DNA from: Selaginella moellendorffii
Lineage: Eukaryota; Plantae; Lycopodiophyta
Assembly: GCF_000143415.4 (NCBI RefSeq)
Contig: NW_003314276.1
Span: 1,336,531 to 1,400,530 of the forward strand
DNA: 64,000 bases
Direction of reading: 5' to 3'
Position numbers and translations under genes: made by a program. The notes beneath the pieces are model-generated. The model saw only the letters and a list, made by a program, of their open reading frames with translations, did not search any database and was not told where the DNA came from. Position 1 is the first letter of the stretch. The number at the start of each line of letters is the position of its first letter. Below are positions 23,914-37,527 of the stretch, in pieces.

Positions 23914-25040
23914 GCTCACCCCTGCCACGGCCAGGAGGAAGGATCTCAGCTAGAGCGCCGCGCGGCGGCGAGGGATTTTCCGGGAGGAAAGATTGGAAAT
24001 ATCGGGCCTACCTGGTGGATCGCGCTCGCGTCTCCCGGCCTGTGCGCCTTAGGGCTCGCGCTTCGTTGCAGGCCGTAAGATCCCACTAGTCCGTTGCCCT
24101 TCACTGACGGCCGTCAATCGGGGGCTTGGCACGTGGTGCTCCATCACACCGTCTAATTTAAAATTTCTAGGGGTTAGGGTTTAATATTGAAAAAGTACTA
24201 ACTAAATTAAAGTGGTATAACAATTTTTTTAATAGTGTAATATTTTTAATATTTAATATTATTTTTAATTTATTAAATTAGCTGATCCTTATTTCTAAAA
24301 ATTGATTAAACAATCCCAAATTTGTGTAGCTTATAAAATATTTATTTTTACTAAATAGATTTCAATTGTTACTTGCCTCACTCATATAATTTTTAAGAAC
24401 TCTAGATATATGAGAATAAAAAAATTTAAATACTCGACATACATACTGAAAGTTGTTGAAGAATTTTTTGATATAAAAATCTTAATCCGAAATCAAGAAT
24501 AATCTTCATTATAATGTAGTCATTGGTATTAGAAATAAATAATTTATCATAAATAAAATAAGAATGTAGATTGAATTCTATTTTATATCCTAAAGGCAAA
24601 AAAGTTAATCTCGCAGTTCTATAATTTATTTTATGTAAAGTAGAATGTTATTGATGTTATTTTAGATTATACACTTTTAACTGTGAAAACAAAACTTACA
24701 AAAATCAGATTTCTTTTTTATCCCACTATGGTTCTGTTTGATTTATACAAGTTACCCACCGCTTTCTTCATTGAGCTGCCTTCGTTGGTATGAAAAAAAA
24801 ACCTTCCCAACGTCAAAGGAAAGCACTGGCAAAAAACCATCCAGCCGATACACTCTGCCTGTTAGCAATTTGTCTGTCATGTGATCTATAATACAGCACC
24901 AGTCGTGTCTTGTCTTTCTGCCGCTGCACCACCAAAATTATTCCAAAACCGAAATACTCCCGAGAAAAATGTACACCTTGCACCAAAAAAACACTCCCTC
25001 CCACCTCAGCTTCCCGCTTGCCTGCCTCGTCGTGTTGATT

Positions 25041-28000
25041 TCAATCCTTCTCAACGTCCGAAGAACTCTGGCCACCGTTGTCATTCTCGTCGTCTTTGCT
25101 GGAGCAGCTGCTGCTGCTAGAGGTTTCAAAATGGCAGAGGCCATTTCGTTCTTTTCCCGGACGAGTTCTGACGTTAGACCCAACGGGGAATGGCTCCTGC
25201 CAAGATCCAAACAAGAAAAGTTAGAAGAGTGTATAAAAGTCTGCGCAGTATTGCTTACAGGATCGCCCAGGTTGGGACCTTCCGAACGAAACAGAATTGG
25301 GCGGCATCTCTTGTCTTCGTTCATGAGGCTTGAGTTTTGGAAATGTGCGACGAGGGCAACCTTGCCTTGTATTCGAGCGTAAGCCAGAGAAGCAACCTTC
25401 TCGCTGTTGAACTTCTCCCACTTCTTTCCATTGAAGGTCTGTAAGATCGAGAATGAGAATGCGCACGAAGAAAACAACGGTGTCAAACCTTGAAGAAAGG
25501 GACGATATGCACAGGTGCAATCATGTTGATGAAAGCATACCCCACGTTACACTTATTCTGAAAGGAGAACCAACAATCAGCAAGAATGTAAGGATTTCTC
25601 GTTATACGATTACCTTAAAATCAATAGGTAAGTAGATGAAATCATAGGTACCGCGATGATGTTCGTCAATTGTTGACAACAGCATCTTCGACGTGTACCT
25701 AGACACTCAGTAGCAGATCAGAAAAGTTCAAACTCGTAAAAATGAAAGAGAACTTACTTGTTTGGTATGTTTTTTATCATCAGTGTTGTCCGTAAGTCTT
25801 CCCCGCGAAGAATACGCTCCAAGTCAAGCTGATACTTCTTGTTCTCTGCCAGAGTCAAAGTGCTGTCGGTTCTTCGGCTTCTACAACGGTCGCTAAAAGT
25901 CTCCAAAGTCGCACCATTTGGAAAGGAACGGGGCCTAAGTTGTGGTGACATAACACCCAACCTGGGAGAATCCACCAATCCTTTCGATGTAGCAATAGCA
26001 GCCAGGTTCAAACCGCCGTGAGTGAGGCCAGCCCCCTTAGAACCATTCATTCTCAGGCCGCCGAGAGATCCTGGCCATCCTAAGGCTGATCTCTCGGCCA
26101 AGTCAGAGTAGTACCTATTCTGGCCATCCATCAGACTCTGCTCGGTAAATGTTGCTGAATAATCTGCAGCTCGGCTATGCCCGTCCGCATGGTACATGGA
26201 ATTCGCGGAGTATAGCGAGCCCGAACTGTTCCATGGCAAGTCCCCGCTTCTCGAAGCAGAAACTCCAAAAGCTGGAGAGAAATAAAAATGGCATGATCAG
26301 TCCACGATGACTGTTTGATTGCTGAAAACTTACCTCTGGATGATTGCTCGAGAGACGGCACGTCACACAAGCTCGAGACTGCCCTCTGAAGGGTACCAGC
26401 ATCTAGCTCGTCATAATTTCCAAAGCCGGGTGGAACCCGTGTTGGACTGTCGAGGTCAGGAATCTGTAACGATGGAAATTGCTGACGGATTCGAAGGCCA
26501 ACAGACCGCTCCGGTTGTATGAAAGAATCAGGATTTGCGGACATGCCGTTTCGTAGCGGAGAGGACACACGTGCAGGTAACGAACCAGCATTTACGTTTA
26601 GAGGCTTGATACCCAAGGAACCAAAAGTGCCTCGCTCGTTCAACTTATTCATAGGAGTACTCCACTGCGGTGAATGCCCTGGAGTGCAATCAGTTAGATA
26701 AAATAAATAGAACGTCGTGCATAAAACAAACCTGCAGGCGAAGCACCCAATGATGCCTGAAGTTGCTGACACCGAAACTCTTCCTGCTCCAGCTCTTGAG
26801 TGAGCTGTTGCATTAGGCTGAAAAATAAATCTCAAAAATCGATTCCAATGCTTGCAGTAGTCGAGCACATTACCTTCTTCGAGCACCACCGGGACGACTG
26901 GGTTCCAGCTTTATACGCTTTCCTGCGATGTCGCTTCTGTTCAAGGCTCTCAAGGCAGCTTCAGCTGCCCTGACATCGTAAAACTCTATAAACTTGTGGT
27001 GCTTCTTGTGTGGGGTCTCACGTATCTGACGTAGTATCATCCACATGTGAGAAGCCTGTCTAGTACAAGAGCTTGTACTCACCTCTTTGATCTCACCATA
27101 AACACCAAAAATATGCCGAAGGTCGTCGTTGGTCACTGAGGCGTCGAGATTAAATACCACTAAAGTGCCCTGGTTAACATCTTTATCTGAGGGGTTATCC
27201 TGCAAGAGACCGTGTTAGTTCCATGCCGTATATTGCTACACAATACCTTCGGAATGGAAAAGTGAATATCTAACTTTCGACGCCTGAGCGGTTTGTTCTG
27301 GAGGGCGCGCATTGCAGTACGGGCTGCTCGAATGTCGTAGTAGGAAATCATCACGAATCCCCGATGCTTACAGGCGGTATACAAAGTGCGAATGGCACCA
27401 TATTGCTGGTGAAAAGGGAGAGGACACAAAATGAGCAAAGAAAAGGTAAAACAAGATTTCGTTACCTCAAAAAGTGCTCGCAGCTCCACATCTTCAACGT
27501 TACTGTTTATGTTCCTCACAAAAAGCGTTCGCGAAGGATGCTCGCCGTAGGGGTGCTCCCCGGCCAACACTGCGGCTGTGTTGCCACCAATCTGATAGTT
27601 GTTCAAGTAAGGATCACCCTCCAGCTCCAGGCCACCCCCGCTGTTGAAAATGTCGTAGTCATCCTCGTTACTGTTCCGCTCGTAAGCATAGCCCACCTCG
27701 GCTAAAAGATCCTCCTCCGCATCAGGAAGAAGTCTGCCTAAAGCGTGTGACTCGAGCTCTTGCATCGATCCGAAAAGCTCGTCAGTTTCAGTCTCGGCAT
27801 CCGGATCAGAGACTACCGTCGGTTCCGACAGTTTGACTGCATGCATAGCAAAAAAAAAAAAAAAACAGAGAGAAGATCAGAGTAAGAGAAAAAGATGATT
27901 TTAGTAGTAGTAACTTACGTCTTTGCTGGAGCGTATTTGGTAGAGAGTGGGCGAGCCCATTTATCGGAGAAACCGGGGGGAATGGGTTTCTTCCTCTCCC

Positions 28001-28174
28001 ATTTTCTAACCAACCATTGGCGTTGTTGGCGACACCGTCGTGATTTCTAGCTAGATTGTGAAGCCCATTCGCCCAGTCCGGCTCGGCAAGCGACCACCCG
28101 TGCTGGGAGAAGGCCTCGAATTTTCGAGCGCCAGCGGGGAAGAGCTGGCCGACGCTGCGAGTTTCCATCTCCAT
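25041..28174 (-). CDS. AML: MEI2-like (AML clade) RRM RNA-binding protein, paralogue 1, multi-exon
   Basis: RRM1 GEHPSRTLFVRNINSNVED, RRM2 QGTLVVFNLD, RRM3 DLRTTLMIKNIPNK...YARIQGK.ALVAHFQNSSLMNEDKRCRPILF. Start and stop inferred from splice sites. Confidence 0.93.
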
Positions 28175-28736
28175 CGCAGAAAGCTCCTGCATTCACAGAT
28201 TTTTCTCACAGCGTCAGGCACCAAGAATCCACGCCATGGCGGGCAAACCTGGCGAGGGAGTGAAATTACGCCGCGAGAGGGACTACGCTCGCCCTAGCAC
28301 GAAAGCGCGCGATCAATTGAGCGCGAGAGAAGAGCTCCGGGGAGACGACAAGGAGGAGCGTGTGAATGAGGGAGCGCGATCATGACGAGGAGCCTAAAGC
28401 AGGGGAAGAGAGGGAATCGAGTAGATCCAAGCGAAATATCCAGCGGGAACTTGATCTTGGGGCGGGAATCCATGATTTGGAGCTCCTGGAGCTCACAGCA
28501 GCGGGATCACCAAGCCAGAGGAATCCCATGCGTAGCTTACATGATGCAGATCGGCACAATCCAGAGCTCGAAGCGGCGCCTGTTCGATGCGTCCTCCACT
28601 GCCGCGATCGATCGATGCTCCATAGCTCTCTCTTCTCTTTCTCTCTCTTCTCTCCCTCGCGCTCTCTCTTTCCCTCTTCGTACAAAAACCACGCAAAAAC
28701 AAAGAAAGAAAAGGGAAAGAACGCACCAACACGCAT

Positions 28737-28792
28737 ACACACCCTCTCTCTAGCCCGCGGGCAGACACGGGCAGCGCGGGCAGGCCTGCCCG
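28737..28792 (-). promoter_or_regulatory. Conserved upstream element of MEI2-like paralogue 1
   Basis: 28 nt identical to 34998-35025, with CGGGCAG repeats. Confidence 0.6.
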
Positions 28793-29960
28793 TTTCGCCC
28801 TTGCCGGCCGGCGCAAGATAAGTTTTCACGAGCAGCTTCCCGGCAGCATTTCCGTTGACCTGACGCGGCACGATCGCCGCCGTTGTGGCCTGAGATGGAC
28901 GGGCAGGATTTGGCGGGCCAGAAGCTCGTTTGTCGTTACTCGCGTTGGTCCCAATGGCCATGTGGCCCAATGGGGCCCTTGCGTGTTGTCCTATTGGCTC
29001 AATCTTATCTCTACGGATTCTAATTTCTTTTTCTTTGATTGATCGAGAGGAGATGGTAGGGTTAGCTAACACCACCTTTGCTTTGTTTCTATCTCCCGCC
29101 CCGGAACAAAAGATATTAGGGCATGGAGAGGACGTGGCCTGTGGCTCTTTCACGCTGAGTGTGATTGTCTGCGTAGATCGCTCGCACAGGAAAAACGATG
29201 CAAGTGGTCCCTGGAGAAATGAATGACCCAATGGTTTTTTGTACATATAGTCAAGGAATTCACTTGGAGATCCAGGCACCAACTTTGGCAAAATGTGACC
29301 CCGCCAACCATAGATTGCGGAATGAGATCTTCTAATTCAATGAAAATTGGCTGTCCATGTGTGTCACGCTTGCAAGAAACACTTAAATTGGCAGTGATCA
29401 AAAACTATATTAAATCAAAGAATGTTTAAGTTAAATCCATTTTTCGAAAATAAAGCTGGCAGGGTGAAAAATACGTACAACTGGCGCCACTTTTTCGAAG
29501 CATTCAAATTTCGAAGCTTCCTTCTTCCCAGGGCAAAGAAAAAGCGAGGGAATCCAATCCATACACACGTCACGGGTTCGAATTCTCCTCCTTTATTTGA
29601 ATTTTTTTTATCCCGGCCAATAGTTTTTTCGTGGATTGGTAGGCTTAATGATGTGCACTGCCGCGGCTGCTGGCGCAACCTTTTTCTCCTCCAATCAATC
29701 ATTTGGTCACACAAAAGTTGGGGCATATGCTCTGTAGTACGGCCAAAGATTCCACCCAATTCCTTGGTTTCGAGATGAGAACCTTTGAGCGAAAGTTATA
29801 AAACGTTACAACGGAGTATAATTCCATAAGAGAAAAATTTTAGTGTAGCAGCCAAGCAGCAGACATCGAGAAGGCATTCCTTTCGCGGCCCAAAAAATTG
29901 ATATCTGCCTGGAAAAACCGAAAAGTAGCGTAGCGATGGACGATGAAAGCTTTCATCTTC

Positions 29961-31335
29961 TCAAAGGAGGTTCCGCAAGAGCCTCGCGAAGACCCGCCAC
30001 GATGGCCACAGCCAGTCGATGGCGTCCTCGTACTTGGTATACAACCACAGCGCCAAGCGAGCCAACGCTTCCCTGAGATCGCGAAGAGCTTGAGTTTTCA
30101 CGTACCGGATCGCCCAAACTCTGGAGCTCGACGCAAACTTCTTGGCGTTGGAGATGCCTGTTCTCAACTCCTGTTGGAGCTTTCCCGTTCTCACGTCGGA
30201 CAAGAGTTGGAGTCCTCGCTGATTCAGTGCCTGGACCCTCGCTGCTCCATACTTTTGGTACAAGCTTCCAGCGTAAATCCCTGCCTGGATATAAAAGCTC
30301 ATGGCCAGAGGGCCCAGCGTCCATACTCGCCACAGATCATCCGAGACTGCTTTTCCAAACCGGACAGTCACAGCCGCGTAGAAAATGCCACTGGAAAGAA
30401 AGACGAAAAACTTTAGCATATAGAACATAGAATTTTTCTACTTACAATACGATCACCGGCCATTTTATCGCGGGATGGATGCTCCACCAAAGTGTCGACG
30501 GTTGAGGAGGTTTTAGCGTCTGCAGCTTTTGCTTCAACACCTGTTTCGCGTCGGCGCTCTTTCTTCTAACTTCCGTGATTGCCAGGAGCTCCCTCGCGAC
30601 CTGGAGAGATCCGCGATCTTTTAAGTTTTGCCTCCAGTGCTGCAGCGAGCCTTGTAACTGCTGCCACAATCTTTCTCTTTGTTGCCAGTCGAGCGTAGGC
30701 GTCGAGGAGGATGATGTCGGTGAGTCGTTGCCGTCGGACTCGTTCTCGGCAACGTCTTGGAATGACACAGCACGAAAAGTTTGTTTCCTGTTCGTTGCTT
30801 TTGGAAACAGCATAAGATATCCGTGTGGATCAAGTTGTGAGGATCTAGAAAAAAAGAAAGCAACATAGGAGAGACTTCACATACTTGCAAAGAAAGAAAG
30901 AAAAAAATATTGAAAACTTCGCTACCTTAACACAATCTTTGAAAAACTGTGCGTCCAGGACGATTGTAGATTCGTGTTCTCGACGTAGCTACACGTACAG
31001 AGGGATTTTTCTTTCACCGAGCGTACAAAGCTTGGGTGAGAAACACAAGCTACGTGAAGACCCTGCAATGAAAGGAAAGTTATTAAAAACGTAAGTCGCG
31101 ATTTGTTTAACACGAACACCAAGAGCGCTGCTCTCTAGAAACTTACTCCAACGTTAAGTGCTGTCATCTTCAAGCTACGCGGCGAGCGAGTGGAAAAAAC
31201 AATAGAATTCCCGGAGAATCCTTTCGTTTGGATTCACAATCCACTTCTCGCGAGGAATCTGTAAGCGCGGATTAAAACTCACGGCACTGGAGCACGAATT
31301 AGGGCCGTGGGAAGGAACACAGGCAATCCACATTG
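29961..31335 (-). CDS. EMB2759-like (probable plastid membrane protein), multi-exon
   Basis: WWSIHPAIKWP...hydrophobic segment...LWRVWTLGPL..FYIQ and C-terminal KYEDAIDWLWPSWRVFARLLRNLL resemble my recollection of Arabidopsis EMB2759. The 5' end is uncertain. Confidence 0.55.
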
Positions 31336-31802
31336 GATGGAGCTTATGGCTCCCGAAAGGAATCAACCGCAGCGAAACCTCGCAAGCAATCCAATGCCAG
31401 GCGCGGGCGCGCTGGATTCTTACCGGGCAAGGCGCTCTCCACAATCGCCCACTCCCCGCTCGCGCTAAAGCCCTGAATCTCTTTGGCGAGGAAAGGAAAT
31501 CTCCATCGTTAAAAATCTCTTTTTATCCCTTTGGCCTTAACTAGCTGAAACTTTCAAGCTTGGAACTTGTTATGTTAGCCAAGCTCTAATATAACTCTCA
31601 AAACCATAGTTTGATGGCCTCTCTCTGTACAAAAATCGATGCTTCTTCTTCTTCTTTTCATCGGAACGAAGAAACCATCGATCAATCCAAACAAAATACA
31701 CCGCCTGCTAGAAAGATCCTTACGGACTTCCCACAGCTCTCTTGCCGCAGCTAGAAAAAAAGAAGGAACTCGTACAAAAGCTCGCACCTCTCTCCATCTC
31801 GA

Positions 31803-34651
31803 TCACAGCGAAGAGATTTCGAACTGGCAGTTTCCAGCCGGCTCGGGCCGAGCAGCACAAAAGTGTTGCTGCAACAAGCAAATCTTAGATCGATGAAGAG
31901 CTATCTCCTAAGCACTACTTACCGGATTGTTTTCCGAAGGGAAGAGTATTGGACGACACCTTTTGTCCTCGTTCATGAGGCTCGAGTTTTGGAAGTGTGC
32001 GACCAGCGCGGCCTTGCCCTGGATCCGTGCGTAGGCGAGAGAAGCAACCTTTTCGCTGTTGAACTTCTCCCACTTCTTGCCGTTAAAACTCTGAAAGTCA
32101 CAGAGCCACCAACAAGGATTACAACCAGAGGAGCGAGAGAATTGATCGAACCTTGTAAAAGGGGACGATGTGAGCTGGCTCGGTCATGTTGATGAATGCA
32201 TAGCCAACGTTGCATTTGTTCTGCACAGGCAAAAGCCGATCAATACCAGGGAAACACTTTTGCTCGCCTAAAATCACCTTAAAGTCAATTGGTAAATAGA
32301 TGAAATCGTAGGTACCACGGTGGTGCTCGTCAATTGTCGACAGAAGCAGCTTTGATGTGTACCTAAAAGCCGAAAAACGTAAATATGACCGCAAGACTGG
32401 AATGCTTACTTGTTTGGTATGTTTTTTATCATCAGCGTCGTCCGCAAGTCATTCCCGAGGAGGATGCGTTCCAAGTCCAGCTGATACTTCTTGTTCTCCG
32501 CAAGCCCCGCAGAAATTTCACCCCTCCGGCTCTTGCAACGTTCGCTAAAATTATCCAGTGACCCAGCACCATTGACAAATGGACCAGTTCTATATAGCGG
32601 TCCCAACCGTGAAGAATCCACAAGGCCACTGAAAGCCTGATTGGATCCTTTCATATTCAGGCCCCCAACCGGTCCTGACCATGACATGCCCGGCAAGTCA
32701 GTGAAGAAGCCATTGTGACCGTCGACTAGCTTTCGATCCGCAAAGGCTGCGGAAAGTTCCATACTCGCCCGGGTGGAGTCCAAATGCCTGTCTCCCACAA
32801 AACTTTGTAGTTGAGAATGGAACGGACTGGAATTACTCCAGAGTGACTGCTCTGTGATTCTCGTACCCGTAAGAACTGCACAGTCGAGATGTCAGTCACA
32901 CCGTAACGAGAAAGATAACATCTTCGTACCTCTGGGTGAGTGGTCGAGCGATGCCGACACTTCTCGTAAGCTAGAGGGTCTTCTCTGGTCATACACACCA
33001 AAACTGGTGGGGTCCTGGTCAGAGATCTGTAAAGATGAAAATTGCTGACGCATGAAGTGACCAGAGGACCGACCGAGAGAATCAGGAATGTTAACATGTA
33101 ATGGAGAAGAGACCCGGGCAGGAACGCTACCAACACCGTTTGGATGCTGGCTAGCAAAGGAGCCGAATGAAGAGTGCACAGCTCTTATTCCTGGATCATT
33201 CATTCGAAGCGTGCTGCTTCCCCAGTGTGGCGATTGCCCTGCCGCAAGGTATTACACTTGAAACACGTAAGCATCTATGCAACTTCAGGAAGCATACCTG
33301 AAGGTGACGAGTCCAAAGGTGTCTGCATCTGCTGGCACCGAAACTCTTCCTGCTCCAGCTCGTGGGTGAGCTGTTGCATTAAGCTGAAACAATCGCTTCA
33401 AAACTCTGTTTCCTGGCTTCCACACAGACACGTACCTCCTACGAGCACCACCAGGGCGACTGGGTTCCAGTTTGATACGTTTCCCCGCAATATCGCTTCT
33501 GTTCAGCGCTCTTAGCGCCGCTTCAGCTGCCCTGACATCGTAAAACTCAATAAATTTATGATGCTTCTTGTGTGGTGTCTCGCGTATCTGAATTACAAAA
33601 GAGAGTTGCATACGTAAACATTGTCACCGAAAAGACAAAAAGACAGCATACCTCTTTAATTTCTCCATAGACACCAAAAATTTGTCTCAGGTCGTCGTTT
33701 GTGACTGACGTGTCCAGATTAAATACAACTAGCGTCCCCTGGTTGACATCTTTATCGGACGGGTTATCCTGACGAAGCGAGCATTAGCGTAAGAAGCAAC
33801 TCAGAAATTCTGAGTACCTTCGGTATTGAAAAGTGGATGTCCAGCTTTCTTCGCCGTAGAGGTTTGTTCTGGAGACCACGCATGGCACTCCGGGCAGCCC
33901 GGATGTCGTAATAAGATATCATCACAAATCCGCGGTGTTTACAAGCGGTATACAGCGTGCGAATATCACCGTATTGCTTAAAAGAAGAGAAGGTAAAAAA
34001 CAAAACGTGTGTCACGCGCGCTCAAGAAAACCGAAAACAAATGCAGCCTCACCTCAAAAAGTGCTCGAAGCTCCGCATCTTCAACGTTACTGTTGATGTT
34101 GCGAACAAAAAGCGTTCTAGAGGGATGTTCTCCATACGGGTGTTCTCCTGCCAAAACATTCCCGGTAAAGTTCCCGTTTGTGCTTGCGATGTCACCCTCC
34201 AGCTCCATTCCACCACCACTGTTGAAAAAATCGAACTCATCATCGTGAAGAGAGCCCAGATTGTATCCAGAATCGGCTAAAAGGTCCTCTTCGGCATCCG
34301 GAAGGAGAGTCCCCAAGGCATGCGACTCGAGCTCTTGCATAGAACCAAAGATGTCGTCACCCTCCACATCCTCGGAAGCAAGCGGCTCTAGACAATCGCA
34401 AATATCAGAAAAAAGGAACTCGAGGAAAGAGAGAACTCACGTCTTTCAAGAACTAAGTTTGGCAGCGAGCAAGGAGCACTAAGAAGGCGATTTAACTGTG
34501 AAGTGGCCGAGAACATCGACGATCCAACTGGCGCATCAAAATCCACCTTGCCCGTGTGGAATTCATTGCTACACCATCCGGAGTCCGAGAAGGCTCCAAA
34601 TTCACGCCCGCCAGCGTGACTGGGGAAGAGCTGCGAGGTATTGGATGCCAT
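31803..34651 (-). CDS. AML: MEI2-like (AML clade) RRM RNA-binding protein, paralogue 2, multi-exon
   Basis: Same three RRM signatures and matching intron positions as paralogue 1; linker regions diverged. Confidence 0.93.
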
Positions 34652-34997
34652 CCAGGCAGCCGATCCTGCGCGAACACTCCCGCTCATCAGCACAACATCA
34701 AAACCCTAGAGCGTGGGAAAAACAGAGTCTAGAGATCGCGGCAGTGGAGCGCCGCAAATTCGAGCTCCCGGAGCTCGCCAGGGCCGAAATTTCGAGAATG
34801 AAGGCGCGAGGGACACTCACATGACGTGAATCGCAGCATTCCGGAGCTTAGATCGATCGCGCCGAGATGAGGAACACGATGCGCTCGCCGCCGCGCCCGC
34901 CGCTGCTGGTGCCGCCAGGGATTCCTCCTCCCCCGCCAGCGTCCAAGAGCACTGCTCGCCATTTTTGCCTAGTCGATTGAAGCACAAAGAAAGGGGC

Positions 34998-35062
34998 ACA
35001 CACCCTCTCTCTAGCCCGCGGGCAGGTCGGGCAGGTCGGGCAGGTCGGGCAGCCACGGGCAG
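34998..35062 (-). promoter_or_regulatory. Conserved upstream element of MEI2-like paralogue 2
   Basis: 28 nt identical to 28737-28764; five CGGGCAG copies at ~9-nt spacing. Confidence 0.6.
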
Positions 35063-36024
35063 CCAGTCAGGGGCCGGGCATCATCTTATCCCAAAAATGT
35101 CTTTGTCTTTGACATTAAATCCCGCGAAACAAGCACACTTATCACTTTTAAAAGCCCGAGCTCGAAGAAATAAAATCGTCCTAAACGCTAAACAAGAGAA
35201 GATTAGCCTCGAAGTCGAGGAACTCAGAAAATCAAAGAAATCCAAAGCCTCGAAAACGTTACCACATCACCTAGTCGATCAAGCGCTGCAAAGCTGGAAG
35301 AAAATAATCTGTACAGACAGAAGAACAGTACCTATCAGAACGAGCAGCGATTCGAAAAACACGAAAGAAGCCTTTCCAGTCTCGAGAAGGCGAGGAGGAT
35401 TACTACTAACAAAGAACAAGGAGAGAGTCTCAATCACCCAGGACGCAGAGAAGGCAAAAGATCTCGCAAGAACACGGACAAAGCAAAAGAAAAAAAACTT
35501 CGAGACGCGAATCTCACCGGGTGAGTCGCGATCCGTTTTGATGTGTCCGCTCGCAGTGGCTGCAGCCAATCCGAATGGATCCGTTCGTGTGCATCGATGA
35601 ACGGGCTCCACGCCAGTTTATCCCTGGAAAATGGAAAACTCCCTCCAATTAGCACAGGCAATACTTCACATCACCTGATGTTTACCTGATGTTTATGTTG
35701 CTAGTGAGATAAGCTTCCACCACTGCTCCCTAGTACAATAATGTAGGCAGGCGCCTTTGCTTTCCCTTTCGCTACTTTTTATCGCTCCTCTCTCTCTTGC
35801 TTCACTGCGAGCGAGAAAAATCCATCGCGGATGAGATGAGTAGCTCTAGTTAGCTATAGATACAATGAGATCATTTACCAGCTGCTGAGCTGTTGTGTGA
35901 TCCCTGATCCCTGCTGTTGATCATAACTCCTCCACCAGACACCACAGCAGCCTGGTTTTCTTCTTTTTCCGTAACCTGTCTTCCCAGGAGTGCTCCAGAC
36001 CCGAGGAGAGGGATCAAAGCGCTC

Positions 36025-37275
36025 ATGGCCTCGGTCGACTGTTTCTCCAGCCAAATCGAGCACATCTACTCCAAGTCTGCAAAATCCAAGCCCAGCGGTA
36101 AACTGTCAGTGTTTCTGAAAGAACGGTATTTAGCTCGAAACCTTTCTGTGCAGGAAATCCGGTGCTCAAAATCAGTTTTATAACACTGTCTATTGCTGTG
36201 GCTCTTGGAGTTTCGTATATATCTCCACCTCCCGCAAAGATATGCGGGACACTGCATGGCCCCGCTGTTACCACTTCTCGACTCCGCTTTCCAGATGGTC
36301 GACCCGTTGCTTACGCTGAAAGAGGTGTCTCCAAGAACGATGCAAAGCACAAGGTTGTTGTTGTTCACGAGTACGGAGGCACTCGCTTGGATCTTTTCCC
36401 CTGCAACGAGGTAAGATATATTCAAGCCAGCTAACAGTGCAGTAAGCAGCGAACCTGTGCAGGAAATATTGGAGGAGCTCGGTGTGTATATGGTGAGCTT
36501 CGATCGAGCTGGATACGGCGAAAGCCACCCCTTCCCGCACCGTTCTATTGCGTCCGAGGTTCAAGACATGGAGCACTTGGCAGATGCACTTGAGCTTGGA
36601 CCGAAGTTTTACGTGATAGCCATTGGTGTTGGTGCATATGCCGGCTGGGGTTGCATTCAGTACATTCCCAACAGGTACGATGCCTTGAGAATGCCTGCAA
36701 ATGCAACTAGCAATGTGTTTCAACAGGATAGCAGGACTTGCGATGATTTCACCTGTTGCAAACTTCTGGTGGCCAGGCTTAGCTGCTACTTCTCAAGGGC
36801 TCGAGGCTTTGGAGGCGGCCGATAGATACACTCTCCAGGTAGCACATTATGCTCCTCGGTTCCTCTACCATTACACAAGGCAAAAATGGCTCCCTTCATC
36901 AAACATGGAGAAACTTAGTCAGGTATGTAATATTAAAAGAACAACTCACGGACTCGAGGTTCCCAGGTTTCCGAGCTTGCGATACAGCAGGGAATACACG
37001 AATCCATTCACAGAGATCTGATGATTCAATTTGGAAGCTGGGAGTTCGATCCAGCGGCACTCCAAAATCCTTTTGCCGGTGATGCGGTTCACGTATGGCA
37101 GAGCAGCGAAGATCCCTTCTTCCCATCAAGCTGGAAGGCACGGCTGAAAGTTAAACTCCCATGGGTTCAGTACCATACAATACCCGGGAAAGCTCGTGAT
37201 TCGTGGCTTCAAGTTGCTGGTTTGCCTGAAAAAATGCTTGTTAGCCTACTACCTGGCAATCAAACACATGCCTGA
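36025..37275 (+). CDS. Plant alpha/beta-hydrolase-fold protein with N-terminal membrane anchor; catalytic residues appear substituted
   Basis: PPPAKICG...DGRPVAYAERGV, SFDRAGYGESHP, DMEHLADALELGPKFYV, FGSWEFDP and LPWVQYH family motifs. GxSxG position reads AIGVG. Confidence 0.85.
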
Positions 37276-37527
37276 ATCCTGTTGGTTGGGCATCCTCAGA
37301 GCCGTGGTACAAAACTTTATTTCAATGTACCGTCCTGGTCGCAAACTCGTGGATTTCATAAATCTGCTATAGACAACACGTTATTGTGAAAAAACTAGAA
37401 AATTGTCTTACAGAGATGTTCGTCTTGGTGAACTGGCGAAAATCCATTCGTTGAGACGGTGTGTCCTTCCTGACGACAATAGTTATAGCAGAGCCGATGC
37501 AAAGCAAAAACTCTACATGAAAGGCCG

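Noticed and set aside
24160-24720. Very AT-rich block between NF-YC and MEI2-like gene 1 (similar blocks at 42170-42300 and 55320-56640)
   Set aside because: No terminal inverted repeats or TSD found by eye; treated as ordinary intergenic or ancient TE-derived DNA.
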